A stretch of 24,799 nucleotides of DNA, from IMG/VR virus record IMGVR_UViG_3300024262_000225, positions 1 to 24,799 of that record, one strand, 5' to 3'. The notes under the pieces are model-generated. The model ran no database searches and was not told where the DNA came from. It saw only the letters and a list, made by a program, of their open reading frames with translations. Below, in pieces: positions 8,757 to 17,397 of this stretch. How positions within the stretch are numbered: the first letter of the stretch is position 1; every line of letters begins with the position of its first letter. Both the position numbers and the translations under genes were made by a program. The stretch is from a virus (Duplodnaviria > Caudoviricetes).

Positions 8757-10508
8757 TTAATAATTATCGTAAAAACTTCCTTTCTTAAAGTAAACATTGC
8801 ACAGTGACAGCTGTCCAAAGTCTCTATCCTTTTCTTGCCTAACAACGAACATAGAATTCTCCATTGGTGTTGCATCAATGTCGTAGGTTCTAGAGCAAAT
8901 AAGAGCACTATCGCAGTTGTGGGTTATCTTTCCACTGCCCCTAATCGAATCAATCCCAACCTCTTTTCCTTTTTTCTTATGATGTAAAACTATAAGCGGA
9001 ATTTCGTTTTTCTTTGGGAAATCCATTAGCTCTTTTGCTACCCTGTTTTGCTCATTGTATTCAGAAACACCATTGTCTTTCTGTATCAAATCAAAGTTGT
9101 CTATAAAAACAATATCAGGAGAAACGCTCTTGATTATTTCAAACATATTTTCAACCGTTGCGTCTACTCCAGCCATTCCTCTTAACACTAAATTCTTTAA
9201 ACTCTTTACCTCACCTATTCTCCTGTGATAAGCTTCTTTTTTAGAATCCACAATCGTCTTTCTGTTCCTCCATTCACTTTTCTTTATTGAAGCAAAGCCC
9301 CTGGCGAGCCTATTATATATCTCATTTTCGGTCATTTCTAGTGATAGAAACAAAACCTTCTTTCCTTCAACTGCGTTCTTCCATGCTACGTCAAAACAAA
9401 ATGTAGTTTTACCAGCCCCAGTGTCTCCAGCCACGATAATAAAATGATGTTGCTGAATAGGGCTAATGCTTGAATTGAGGTTTTCTGTTCCCCATGTAAA
9501 AACTTTTGCTTCTGCATCTATATCTGCAATAACTTCATTTTCAGTTAAAACTTCTTTCACGACCTTTTCTGTTTTCCTCCCCTTCACAACATCATCAAGT
9601 CCATATTCTTCTTTGATCCACCTGTAAGCTTCTTTGTTCGTAACTCCTAGAATATCAGAAACAACTGTTATTCGATTACCCTGGAATGGTTCGTGACTAG
9701 AACTGGCTAAGAAGTTTCCATCACCAGTTTTGCCCTGATGTGTACCAGTCAGCCTACCATCAAGAATCAATCGTTTCTTGTCATCAAAAGAGGCTGTCCT
9801 GCCAACACTTGCAAAAGCCCTGATAACAAGCTCCTGAAAATCCAATCTATCAACCTCATTAGCCACATCGCCTTTTTTATATTTAGGCTTCTCTACCTTT
9901 GGGGCTTCTGGTTCTTCGTATGGGAACGCTTCTCTCATAAACCAGATAGGGTATTTTTCATCAGAGTATTCATCAACGGTCACCATGAACGGATCGCCCT
10001 TCATGTGATAATAACCTGGAAGCCTTATCACCCTAGTTAAATCCTTAACTTCATCACCAGCACAACCATATTGTTTTGACCACTCAATAATGCCTTTAAT
10101 AAGCCATGTCCAATTCTGACGTGTGTTATCGTCGATCTCAGCCCCTTCGAGTGTCCAGATAGGCTGAACACCGTTTTTCGTATTTAAAATGAAATTAGGC
10201 GTGATTCTGTCGCTCAGAAGTGCATTTGTGATGAGGGTTCGACGCCTGTCGTTCTCCTCTTGAGAAATGTTGTCACCTTCTTTTGCAAAATCTAAATCTG
10301 CAAATGCTGCGTTAATTGAAACTAGGTCTCCTAATTTTCTACCATCCTTGAATCCGTTTGGAGTGAAATATATTCCGCAACCAGACTTGTTTAGCTTTCT
10401 GAATTCGGTTTCATCGTATTCAAAGAATATCTTTGCATATCCTCCAGCATCTGTTCGATCTTTGAATGTTTGAAATACTGTGTTTCTAAAGTTTTGTAGG
10501 AATTTCAT
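8757..10508 (-). CDS. Primase-helicase fusion (RepB-like AEP primase plus DnaB/SF4 helicase)
   Basis: N-terminal GIYFTPN, FADLD, KDLTRVIRLPG; C-terminal GDTGAGKT, FLSLEM, FIDNFDLI, GSGKI, KDR. Confidence 0.88.
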   Translation of the reverse strand: MKFLQNFRNTVFQTFKDRTDAGGYAKIFFEYDETEFRKLNKSGCGIYFTPNGFKDGRKLGDLVSINAAFADLDFAKEGDNISQEENDRRRTLITNALLSDRITPNFILNTKNGVQPIWTLEGAEIDDNTRQNWTWLIKGIIEWSKQYGCAGDEVKDLTRVIRLPGYYHMKGDPFMVTVDEYSDEKYPIWFMREAFPYEEPEAPKVEKPKYKKGDVANEVDRLDFQELVIRAFASVGRTASFDDKKRLILDGRLTGTHQGKTGDGNFLASSSHEPFQGNRITVVSDILGVTNKEAYRWIKEEYGLDDVVKGRKTEKVVKEVLTENEVIADIDAEAKVFTWGTENLNSSISPIQQHHFIIVAGDTGAGKTTFCFDVAWKNAVEGKKVLFLSLEMTENEIYNRLARGFASIKKSEWRNRKTIVDSKKEAYHRRIGEVKSLKNLVLRGMAGVDATVENMFEIIKSVSPDIVFIDNFDLIQKDNGVSEYNEQNRVAKELMDFPKKNEIPLIVLHHKKKGKEVGIDSIRGSGKITHNCDSALICSRTYDIDATPMENSMFVVRQEKDRDFGQLSLCNVYFKKGSFYDNY

Positions 10509-11308
10509 AGGATTTTGTTAATTATTTTTGATAGAGCATCTATACCATGCTTTTTTATAAACATCGCATCGTTGCAGTTTACAGATTTGTAATATGCTAT
10601 TAAATCATTTTCAGCAGCTTCAACAGCTATATCAGCTTCATCTTCCCAAGCTCCCCCGTTTAGCCACGAAGCAGGGTATGGAATGAATTGTCCACCTTGC
10701 TTTTTCCATTCTTCAGAATTTTTCTGGACTTCAACAGCTTTTAGCAAATCCTCGAGCGGAACTTTTACTTTTTGAAAAGCTTTGAATGCAGAAGCCTTGT
10801 TTTTCCTTTTCGGATAAGCTTTCCAAAACTTTTCAAAGCTCACACTCAAAAGATTATTTTTATTATTATTTATATTAGTATTATTGTCTCGGATTTTCCG
10901 AGAGGTCGGACTCGGATTTTCCGAGACCCCTTGTCGGACTTTCCGAGACCCTCTCGGATTTTCCGAGTCTAAGTTAAACTTTCCTGATAACAGAGCCGAT
11001 TCTTTTCCTTTAAAACCAATTAGCCAATCATGTTTATTAGCTATCATTTCATTAAAGCTATCCAGCGTTCTAATGTACCCAGTTACATCATCTCTTTCTA
11101 TTAGGCCTTTTGCTTCTAACGTTTTAAGTATGCGGTAAATAGTATCTGGATTAACATCTAAGACATCAGCTAATTTTTTCTTACTCATAATGCACCAATG
11201 TCCATATTTTTGATTATTTGAAAGGTGATAAACAGTATCAAGCAAAACGTATTCCTGAATAGACAGGCATAAAGCTTTTCTTAATGGATGAATTATGGTT
11301 GTATACAT
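10505..11308 (-). CDS. Replication initiator (HTH, lambda O-like architecture)
   Basis: N-terminal HTH; internal iteron-coded linker; C-terminal FEKFWKAYPKRKNK...FIPYPASWLN domain typical of phage replisome organisers. Confidence 0.85.
   Translation of the reverse strand: MYTTIIHPLRKALCLSIQEYVLLDTVYHLSNNQKYGHWCIMSKKKLADVLDVNPDTIYRILKTLEAKGLIERDDVTGYIRTLDSFNEMIANKHDWLIGFKGKESALLSGKFNLDSENPRGSRKVRQGVSENPSPTSRKIRDNNTNINNNKNNLLSVSFEKFWKAYPKRKNKASAFKAFQKVKVPLEDLLKAVEVQKNSEEWKKQGGQFIPYPASWLNGGAWEDEADIAVEAAENDLIAYYKSVNCNDAMFIKKHGIDALSKIINKIL
10888..10967. repeat. Four iterons, probable replication origin
   Basis: CTCGGATTTTCCGAG at 10888, 10911, 10953 and GTCGGACTTTCCGAG at 10933; adjacent AT-rich tract ~10850-10886. 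Confidence 0.85.
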
Positions 11309-11324
11309 GTTTTTAAATTATAAA

Positions 11325-11433
11325 CTATCCACCCCCACTGTCAGAAGTTCGACACCAAAAACAGTGGGAGTGGGCAGCCTACAATTGTGTTCCAGTAATT
11401 GATTTAATTTATGGTGTCGATTAGTAACTGACA
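11325..11433 (-). promoter_or_regulatory. Structured 5' leader of the replication operon
   Basis: 17-bp hairpin 11325-11377 whose loop (UGGUGUCGA) is complementary to upstream UCGACACCA at 11412-11420. Confidence 0.6.
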
Positions 11434-11435
11434 CA

Positions 11436-11464
11436 ATCCTAACAAACATTTTAAACATTGTAAA
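11436..11464 (-). promoter_or_regulatory. Leftward promoter (replication operon)
   Basis: TTTACA-17 bp-TAGGAT with extended TG. Confidence 0.6.
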
Positions 11465-11475
11465 GAACATTTATA

Positions 11476-11504
11476 TTGACACAACCTATATATAACAATA
11501 TAGT
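11476..11504 (+). promoter_or_regulatory. Rightward promoter, probably giving a leaderless mRNA
   Basis: TTGACA-17 bp-TATAGT; ATG starts 7 nt after the -10 box. Confidence 0.75.
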
Positions 11505-11510
11505 ACAGGC

Positions 11511-11699
11511 ATGGAGAGATTAAACGTACAAATATCAATGGAGGACTATAACGTGCTGATAAAACCAGTGCAAAGACTTAATCAATGCAGAGAGGCTTTT
11601 CTTAGAGGCAGGGATCGACACCAGAACATGGCGGACAACACTAAAGACTTCTTTGAGAATGAGCTCTGGTATGAACAAACATTTAAACCATTTAGATGA
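11511..11699 (+). CDS. Hypothetical protein, possible small DNA-binding regulator
   Basis: 62 aa; N-terminal RLNVQISMEDY resembles an RHH beta-strand/helix. Confidence 0.6.
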   Translation: MERLNVQISMEDYNVLIKPVQRLNQCREAFLRGRDRHQNMADNTKDFFENELWYEQTFKPFR

Positions 11700-11758
11700 A
11701 ATACCTAAAAGACATAAAAGACTGGCAAGAACTCAAGAACCAAGTTGTTTGCGGTTGA
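11696..11758 (+). pseudogene. Orphaned 5' fragment of a DNA methyltransferase gene
   Basis: MKYLKDIKDWQELKNQVVCG* aligns with the N-terminus of 12274 MTase (9/19 identical); ATGA-coupled to upstream gene. Confidence 0.7.
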
Positions 11759-11783
11759 CCTCATGCTAAACAAAGTGTAATAT
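11755..11783 (+). promoter_or_regulatory. Putative promoter at HNH insertion junction
   Basis: TTGACC-17 bp-TAATAT overlapping the fragment's stop codon. Confidence 0.45.
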
Positions 11784-11804
11784 GGCGGTGTTAATAAAAA
11801 CACT

Positions 11805-12299
11805 ATGCCAAAAAGCTATAAAACGAAATGGGTGAACGGAAAGCAGGTTAGGTTGCACAGATGGATTATGCAAAAACACTTGGGGAGAGGGTTATCAGAG
11901 AGTGAACTCGTGCATCATAAAAACGGGAATATCCACGACAACAGAATAGAAAACCTTAAAATAACAGACAGGTCTATCCATATAAAAACGCATAAAATAG
12001 GAGTAGAGAGCAGATACAAAAAACAGCATTTTTTACCAGAGGTTGAAATATGTGAAGAATACGAAAAAGGAAAGTCAATAAACGAGTTGAAGAAGAAATA
12101 CAAGTGTTCAGCTTATCCTATCCGAATGATACTACAAAAACATGACATTGACACCTTGAGCAGAAAACACAACAGGAAGGAAAAAGGAGTGTGTAAAATC
12201 TGCGGAGAAAAAGAGTACAACAACTTATTGTGCAGGAAGCATTACATGAAAAACTATCACTATAAACGTAAGCATGGTAAAAACATTGAAGGATTTTAG
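11805..12299 (+). CDS. HNH homing endonuclease (HNH_3 type) with HTH and C-terminal zinc finger
   Basis: [13 protein letters not shown]...[16 protein letters not shown]; HTH-like segment; CKICG...LCRKHY. Confidence 0.88.
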   Translation: MPKSYKTKWVNGKQVRLHRWIMQKHLGRGLSESELVHHKNGNIHDNRIENLKITDRSIHIKTHKIGVESRYKKQHFLPEVEICEEYEKGKSINELKKKYKCSAYPIRMILQKHDIDTLSRKHNRKEKGVCKICGEKEYNNLLCRKHYMKNYHYKRKHGKNIEGF

Positions 12300-12963
12300 T
12301 CATTGGACTGAAATGAAAAATCAGATTATCCAAGCGGATTGCCTTGAGGGAATGAAGCTGATACCCGATAAGAGCATTGACTTGGTTTTGACCGACCCCC
12401 CTTATGGGATAGGGGTTGCAAAGGGAGGGGTGCATGGAGAAACAAAGACGGCCCGAAAGGGCTTTGCAAATAAAACATATGGCGACACCTCTTGGGACAA
12501 AACTACTCCAAAAAAAGAAACCTTTAACGAGGTGTTCAGAATGAGCAAGAACCAGATTGTGCTTGGGGGAAACTACTTTGACCTCCCCCCTAGTCCATGT
12601 TGGATTGTTTGGCACAAAAAAGTGAATGACAATTCTGACTTTGCAGACTGCGAACTCGCATGGACTTCTTTTAAAAGTGCGGTCAGATACTTTCAATATG
12701 GGTGGATTGGCCTAGACTATATAAACGGAACAAAGGATAAAGCCGAGCTTAGGACCCACCCCACTCAAAAACCAGTCGCGCTTATGCGATGGATAATAGA
12801 AAACTACAGCAAGCCAGGAGACCTAATCTGCGACCCCTTCATGGGAAGCTGGACAACAGCAAGGGCGTGTAAGGATTTAGGCAGAGACTTTATAGGATTT
12901 GAATTATCAGAAGATTATTGCAAGGTTGGGGAAGAAAGATTAAGACAAGAAGTATTATTTTAA
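12274..12963 (+). CDS. DNA methyltransferase (N6A/N4C, beta class)
   Basis: [28 protein letters not shown]; orphan, no cognate restriction enzyme seen. Confidence 0.92.
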   Translation: MVKTLKDFSHWTEMKNQIIQADCLEGMKLIPDKSIDLVLTDPPYGIGVAKGGVHGETKTARKGFANKTYGDTSWDKTTPKKETFNEVFRMSKNQIVLGGNYFDLPPSPCWIVWHKKVNDNSDFADCELAWTSFKSAVRYFQYGWIGLDYINGTKDKAELRTHPTQKPVALMRWIIENYSKPGDLICDPFMGSWTTARACKDLGRDFIGFELSEDYCKVGEERLRQEVLF

Positions 12964-12973
12964 ACATATAAAA

Positions 12974-13117
12974 ATGAAGACGCTAATTACATTCGGTTGC
13001 GATAAAACCGAACACGAAGAATTTAAGAAGTATTGTGACGTAAACGGGTACTCACAATCCAAGTATATTCGACTAGCCATAAACGAAAAGACAGAAAAAA
13101 GAATCTTTAAAGTATAA
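12974..13117 (+). CDS. Ribbon-helix-helix regulator (47 aa)
   Basis: Not in ORF track; MKTLITFGCDKTEHEEFKKYCDVNGYSQSKYIRLAINEK... Confidence 0.75.
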   Translation: MKTLITFGCDKTEHEEFKKYCDVNGYSQSKYIRLAINEKTEKRIFKV

Positions 13118-13123
13118 AAAGAC

Positions 13124-13152
13124 TTGACTATTTCTATATAAAAGAATAGTAT
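13124..13152 (+). promoter_or_regulatory. sigma70 promoter with conserved spacer
   Basis: TTGACT-atttctatataaaagaa-TAGTAT. Confidence 0.75.
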
Positions 13153-13157
13153 GAGTT

Positions 13158-13206
13158 CGAGAGTGATTCATAGAGCAAACATACGCCCTGTAAGTAATCG
13201 TTCTCG
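13158..13206 (+). other. 5' leader hairpin
   Basis: CGAGAGUGAUU/AAUCGUUCUCG 11-bp stem plus inner stem, starting at the predicted transcription start. Confidence 0.55.
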
Positions 13207-13229
13207 CCACAACATTTAACCACTATACT

Positions 13230-13478
13230 ATGTTGAAAATCGTAACCACCGTAGAGCTCGGTACACTTGAATACAAAGTGGAAAGCTCCGACTTTGATGT
13301 CCATGAGGAGAAGCTGGAAGCTGTTAAGGCTTTGGTTGAAAGAAAGCACAAGCTTCCTGTTTGTATCTGGTGCAAAGAAAGAATTGAAGACGACAGTATC
13401 GATGATAAGTTTTGCTGCCTAGAGTGTGCAGAGGCTTATTACGAGAACATGAACGAAGCATCACATAACCACAACTAA
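13230..13478 (+). CDS. Hypothetical protein with C-terminal zinc finger
   Basis: CIWC...FCCLEC. Confidence 0.75.
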   Translation: MLKIVTTVELGTLEYKVESSDFDVHEEKLEAVKALVERKHKLPVCIWCKERIEDDSIDDKFCCLECAEAYYENMNEASHNHN

Positions 13479-13480
13479 TC

Positions 13481-13981
13481 ATGAAAAAGACACAAACAAT
13501 TAAGATCGGTGGAGGAGCCGACTATGCAAAGGTTGCAGACAGGCTAAAACTGTTCAGAGAAGATTGTCCAAACGGACTAATCGAAACAACTCCTACTATC
13601 GAAGGAACTACTATAATGTTTAAGGCGAGAATCCTTAAAGACAAGGCTAAAGAAAGTTCAGCAGAGGCATCAGGGCATGCTATCGGAGAAAATAAAGGGC
13701 AAAAGGCATTTGAGAAAGTAGAATCAATTGCCGTAGGTAGGGCACTAGCAATGCTTGGGTACATGGCAAGTGGAGAAATCGCAAGTTCAGAGGAGATGGA
13801 AGAGTTCCAGGAATACGTAGAAGAAAAGAGACAGGAGGAAATGCTTACTATCCAAGCAGAGCTTGTAGAGATTAAAACAATCGAGGAGCTCAGAGAGTTT
13901 TACAAGAAAAACGAGGGCAAAGGTAAAGAGGTTGCAGCCCTTATAATGAACAAGAAAAATCAATTAACAAAAGAACAATGA
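13481..13981 (+). CDS. ssDNA-annealing recombinase (Sak/Rad52-like)
   Basis: DYAKVADRL...FEKVESIAVGRALAMLG...IASSEEM; adjacent to exonuclease. Confidence 0.75.
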   Translation: MKKTQTIKIGGGADYAKVADRLKLFREDCPNGLIETTPTIEGTTIMFKARILKDKAKESSAEASGHAIGENKGQKAFEKVESIAVGRALAMLGYMASGEIASSEEMEEFQEYVEEKRQEEMLTIQAELVEIKTIEELREFYKKNEGKGKEVAALIMNKKNQLTKEQ

Positions 13982-14574
13982 TTATACATGACGTTGAACA
14001 GGGAACACCTGAGTGGCTAGAACTTCGTAAGGGGCGCGTTACAGCCTCTCACGCCACCGCAATCGCAACAAACGGTAAAGGACTCGACACTTATGTTTTA
14101 GAGCTTATGAGCGAGTATTATTCAAGCGGAGAGAGGGAGTATTATTCTAATGCCGATATGGACAGAGGCAATGAGCTGGAAGAACTTGCAGCATCTGCTT
14201 ATGAAATGGAAGTAGGAGTAGAGTTAGAAAAGGTTGGATTCGTAGAGTACAACGAGTTTGTGGGGTGTAGTCCTGATCGGCTGGTGGGAGAAGATGGACT
14301 TGTGGAAATCAAATGCCCAAACGACAAGAACTACTTTAAATTCCTTTTAGAAGGAGAAAAAGCAATCAGTACCGACTATATGGCACAAATGCAAATGCAA
14401 ATGCTAATAACAGGAAGAAAGTGGTGTGATATGGTGGCTTATAACCCCAATTTTGAGAAGTCTATCTTTATCCACAGGGTGTTTGTTGACGAAGATAAAC
14501 ACGCAAAGCTCTTGGAAGGATTCAAGTCGGCAGAAGGAAAGATTAAAGCTATTAAAAATCAATTAACCAAATAA
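13978..14574 (+). CDS. YqaJ/lambda-type exonuclease
   Basis: QGTPEWLELRKGRVTAS, RGNELE, CSPDRLV, VEIKCP, QMQMQM. Confidence 0.92.
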   Translation: MIIHDVEQGTPEWLELRKGRVTASHATAIATNGKGLDTYVLELMSEYYSSGEREYYSNADMDRGNELEELAASAYEMEVGVELEKVGFVEYNEFVGCSPDRLVGEDGLVEIKCPNDKNYFKFLLEGEKAISTDYMAQMQMQMLITGRKWCDMVAYNPNFEKSIFIHRVFVDEDKHAKLLEGFKSAEGKIKAIKNQLTK

Positions 14575-14576
14575 TC

Positions 14577-15572
14577 ATGTCAGAAAGCAAGTTGGCGGTA
14601 ATACTTGAAGAGAATCAAGTAGAAAACGCAACAGAAGTGAAAGAAGTGTTCTCCCCCTTTTTTACAGAGGTTGAGAAGGTAAAGCAGGTGTGCATGGCTA
14701 TTAAGATTGAAGACGTTTCTCAAGTTGAAGAAATGGAGAAAGCTAGAGAGTACAGGCTCAGTCTTAAAAAGCTAAGGGTAGCTGCAGACAAAGAAAAAGC
14801 GAGGCTGAAAGAACAGCCGCTGAGGAAGTGTCAGGCGATAGACGCCCTAGCTCGATACTTGAGGTCAGAAATAGAACCACTTGAAGCCCACCTAACAGAA
14901 CAGGAAAAGTATGCAGAAAGAAAAGAACAAGAGCGGAAAAATAAATTAAAGGAAGAAAGGGAACAGGAGCTTGATAAGTGCGAAGCTGATTATCAGTTTG
15001 TTGATTTGGCTGAAATGCCAGAAGATAATTATAAAACTTTCCTTAAAAATACGAAAGAAAGTTTTGAGTTACGCAAGCAAAAAGAGAAAGAAGAAGAAGA
15101 CAAAAGAAAGAAAGAAGAGGAGGATGAGCGGAAAAGGCAAGAAGAGATTAGGAAAGAAAACGAGAAGCTAAAAAAAGAAGCAGAAGAAAAAGATAAAGCC
15201 ATTGAGGAGGAGAGAAAAAAGGCTCAAGCCGAAAGAGAAAAGGTTGAAGCAGAACAAGAAAAGAAGTTAAAAGAAGAGCGTAAAAAACTGGAAAAGGTTG
15301 AAGCAGAAATGAAAGCAAAAAAAGAGGAGGAGGAGAGAAAAGAAAAGGAAAAAGCTGAACAGGAGAAGGCAGATGAAGAAGCAAGATTGAAAGCCGAGAA
15401 AGATGCCGCACTTGCTCCAGACAAAAAGAAACTTGACCTGTTAGCGGTAATGGTAACCCAGATTGAACTGCCAGAAGTCAAAAGCAAAGAAGCAAAGGCT
15501 ATTATCGTAGCAGTTGTAGAGCTGCTTAATAAGACCTCTAATTATATCAAAGAAAAAACAATTAACCTTTAA
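14577..15572 (+). CDS. Coiled-coil protein of recombination module
   Basis: E/K-rich helical protein following the exonuclease. Confidence 0.75.
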   Translation: MSESKLAVILEENQVENATEVKEVFSPFFTEVEKVKQVCMAIKIEDVSQVEEMEKAREYRLSLKKLRVAADKEKARLKEQPLRKCQAIDALARYLRSEIEPLEAHLTEQEKYAERKEQERKNKLKEEREQELDKCEADYQFVDLAEMPEDNYKTFLKNTKESFELRKQKEKEEEDKRKKEEEDERKRQEEIRKENEKLKKEAEEKDKAIEEERKKAQAEREKVEAEQEKKLKEERKKLEKVEAEMKAKKEEEERKEKEKAEQEKADEEARLKAEKDAALAPDKKKLDLLAVMVTQIELPEVKSKEAKAIIVAVVELLNKTSNYIKEKTINL

Positions 15573-15575
15573 AAC

Positions 15576-15809
15576 ATGTCAGAAATCAAAGAAATCAGGG
15601 ATGTCCTTTATGGAGAAGAATACGAAAAGGGCGGAGAGAAAAAAACAAAATGGACTAAGTGTGGAACGATGTTTATCAAAGACACGAACATCGGGATCAA
15701 GTTGACAGCAATTCCACTTGGGACACAGAACCTTGTAGCCTTCCCGCCAAAGCCAAAGGAGGAGCAGCCAGCCAAAGAAGTAGAAAAAGACAGTGGACTT
15801 CCATTCTAA
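15576..15809 (+). CDS. Small SSB-like protein
   Basis: KTKWTKCG beta-rich core; acidic tail ending LPF. Confidence 0.6.
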   Translation: MSEIKEIRDVLYGEEYEKGGEKKTKWTKCGTMFIKDTNIGIKLTAIPLGTQNLVAFPPKPKEEQPAKEVEKDSGLPF

Positions 15810-15818
15810 CCACAATCC

Positions 15819-16193
15819 ATGACATCAGAAGAAGACGTAAATAAGATTTTCGGAATTAAAGACAAGAAAAGGAGTTTACTTCAGAACGCATCCTTGCACC
15901 TTTACTTTACGCTACTTGCAGAGGAGTTAACTGGTGCAGGGTACAACTTAAAAGAAACACTGGAAAACATAAGACTTGATATACCAGTGACTCCAATAAG
16001 CGTTAAGGAGAACATATTTAAGCCTGTACTAAAGGCTATGACTGGAAAAGACTCGACTACCCAAATGACAACAGGGGAAATTACGACAATCTGGGAAGCA
16101 CTAAACCTGGCCCTTGGAACTAGAATGGGTATACACGTTCCGTTCCCTTCACAGGAACAGACAGGGGCTTATCAAAAAAGCCTAAAGAAGTAG
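15819..16193 (+). CDS. NinB-like protein
   Basis: RSLLQNASLH...KDSTTQMTTGE...VPFP pattern. Confidence 0.65.
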   Translation: MTSEEDVNKIFGIKDKKRSLLQNASLHLYFTLLAEELTGAGYNLKETLENIRLDIPVTPISVKENIFKPVLKAMTGKDSTTQMTTGEITTIWEALNLALGTRMGIHVPFPSQEQTGAYQKSLKK

Positions 16194-16254
16194 TTATAGA
16201 TTTCTTGCGGAGGGACTTCTGTAGTGGTTAGCCCTTCGCAACAAGTTTATAATT
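16192..16254 (+). other. Long intergenic hairpin
   Basis: AGUUAUAGAUUU-c-UUGCGGAGGG pairs with CCCUUCGCAA-c-AAGUUUAUAAUU (22 bp). Confidence 0.7.
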
Positions 16255-16267
16255 AACCCCCTCGATT

Positions 16268-16426
16268 ATGAACGTAAAAAAACCAGAAAGTTCCGAACCC
16301 GAAAGAAGTAGACTATCTTATCGGGATCACATTGTCCGTAACAAGAAAAAGCTACAGATAAAAAAGATGAGCCTTTACTGTCAAAACGCCGTAGAATTAC
16401 TAATTAAACCACCCAAAAATGACTGA
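16268..16426 (+). CDS. Hypothetical basic protein (52 aa)
   Basis: Not in ORF track; TAACC leader; stop overlaps next start. Confidence 0.55.
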   Translation: MNVKKPESSEPERSRLSYRDHIVRNKKKLQIKKMSLYCQNAVELLIKPPKND

Positions 16427-16841
16427 ACTAAGAAACCCTGACACCCCAGTCAATGTACAAAGGGGACAACTAGTAGGACAAGAGCTGGTTGAAATCTATT
16501 CACAGAAGAAAGACCCCATCATGCAGCTTGACCCTGATAGTAGAGGGCAAGTCCAGCTAGTATTGAGTGACATGATGTTCCAGCTTACTCCTGAAGATGC
16601 TATACGTGCAGGATTAAGGATGGAAATGAAGGAAGACGGAATGATAAATGACCCCACCGTACTAGGAGATGTAGTAGGAGGCCAATCAGTCTTTGAATTC
16701 TCTGGCTATGCAGAGGCTCGTGACTATGAATTTATGAGAGCTGTTTTAAATGGAATAGTTAACGAGTTCAAGAGTAGGGCAAAGTATGCTATCTCTGCGG
16801 ACCATCACGTTAGAGGGAGAGATGAAATAATTAAATCATAA
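16419..16841 (+). CDS. Hypothetical protein
   Basis: 140 aa ORF. Confidence 0.75.
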   Translation: MTELRNPDTPVNVQRGQLVGQELVEIYSQKKDPIMQLDPDSRGQVQLVLSDMMFQLTPEDAIRAGLRMEMKEDGMINDPTVLGDVVGGQSVFEFSGYAEARDYEFMRAVLNGIVNEFKSRAKYAISADHHVRGRDEIIKS

Positions 16842-16987
16842 CTTTATAAGGATGAAAATCACAATTGACATTGAGCCAGTCAACAGCAGAGAAAGAGAAG
16901 AGTTTTTGGAAGCGGTTAGGGATTTGGCTGATTTGTATAATGCTGAACTATGGGAAAGGCCTTAACACTTAACTTTATAAGGATGAA
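16839..16987 (+). repeat. 18-bp direct repeat flanking a mini-gene
   Basis: TAACTTTATAAGGATGAA at 16839-16856 and 16970-16987, each containing a start codon. Confidence 0.85.
16852..16965 (+). CDS. Hypothetical protein (37 aa)
   Basis: Not in ORF track; MKITIDIEPVNSREREEFLEAVRDLADLYNAELWERP. Confidence 0.6.
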   Translation: MKITIDIEPVNSREREEFLEAVRDLADLYNAELWERP

Positions 16988-17180
16988 GAACGAATGCGAA
17001 TACTGTGACGATAGGGAGTGTGAAGATTTAATGGTTGGTAGACTTATGACCGTTGACCCTAATTCAGACGTGCCGTATTTAACTATTAGGCCCCTTCGGG
17101 TCGCAACCTGTATAAAAGTAACTCAAGCGCTGGAAAATGCACAACAATGGATACAAAAAGTTCAACGAAACAATGACTGA
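16983..17180 (+). CDS. Hypothetical Cys-containing protein
   Basis: Start re-assigned to MKNECEYC inside the second repeat. Confidence 0.65.
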   Translation: MKNECEYCDDRECEDLMVGRLMTVDPNSDVPYLTIRPLRVATCIKVTQALENAQQWIQKVQRNND

Positions 17181-17394
17181 TGCTGACGATACCAGGACAG
17201 AGCTAGAGAAATACTTTGACTGGGTAGATAAAGATGCAGTCAACCACAGAGAAAGAAGATTAGAAAGGATAAGGGACATGATAACAGGGGTGCACCAATG
17301 GACTAGACTATACGCACTGGAACTAATTGATAAAATAGATATAGACTGGAATATAGAAAGAATAAAGAGGTTTACAAGGACTAAAGTAAAATAA
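17173..17394 (+). CDS. Hypothetical protein
   Basis: Start MTDAD overlapping upstream stop. Confidence 0.65.
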   Translation: MTDADDTRTELEKYFDWVDKDAVNHRERRLERIRDMITGVHQWTRLYALELIDKIDIDWNIERIKRFTRTKVK

Positions 17395-17397
17395 TGC

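Noticed and set aside
10888-10967. Palindromic repeats as a CRISPR array
   Set aside because: 15-bp units with 5-8 bp gaps inside a coding region; fits iterons; no cas genes
6364-11474. AGAACATTTAT shared by 6364-6374 and 11464-11474
   Set aside because: Only 11 bp, AT-rich and two copies; chance not excluded
14900-15420. Purine-rich low-complexity tract
   Set aside because: Explained by E/K-rich coiled-coil codons; no discrete repeat unit
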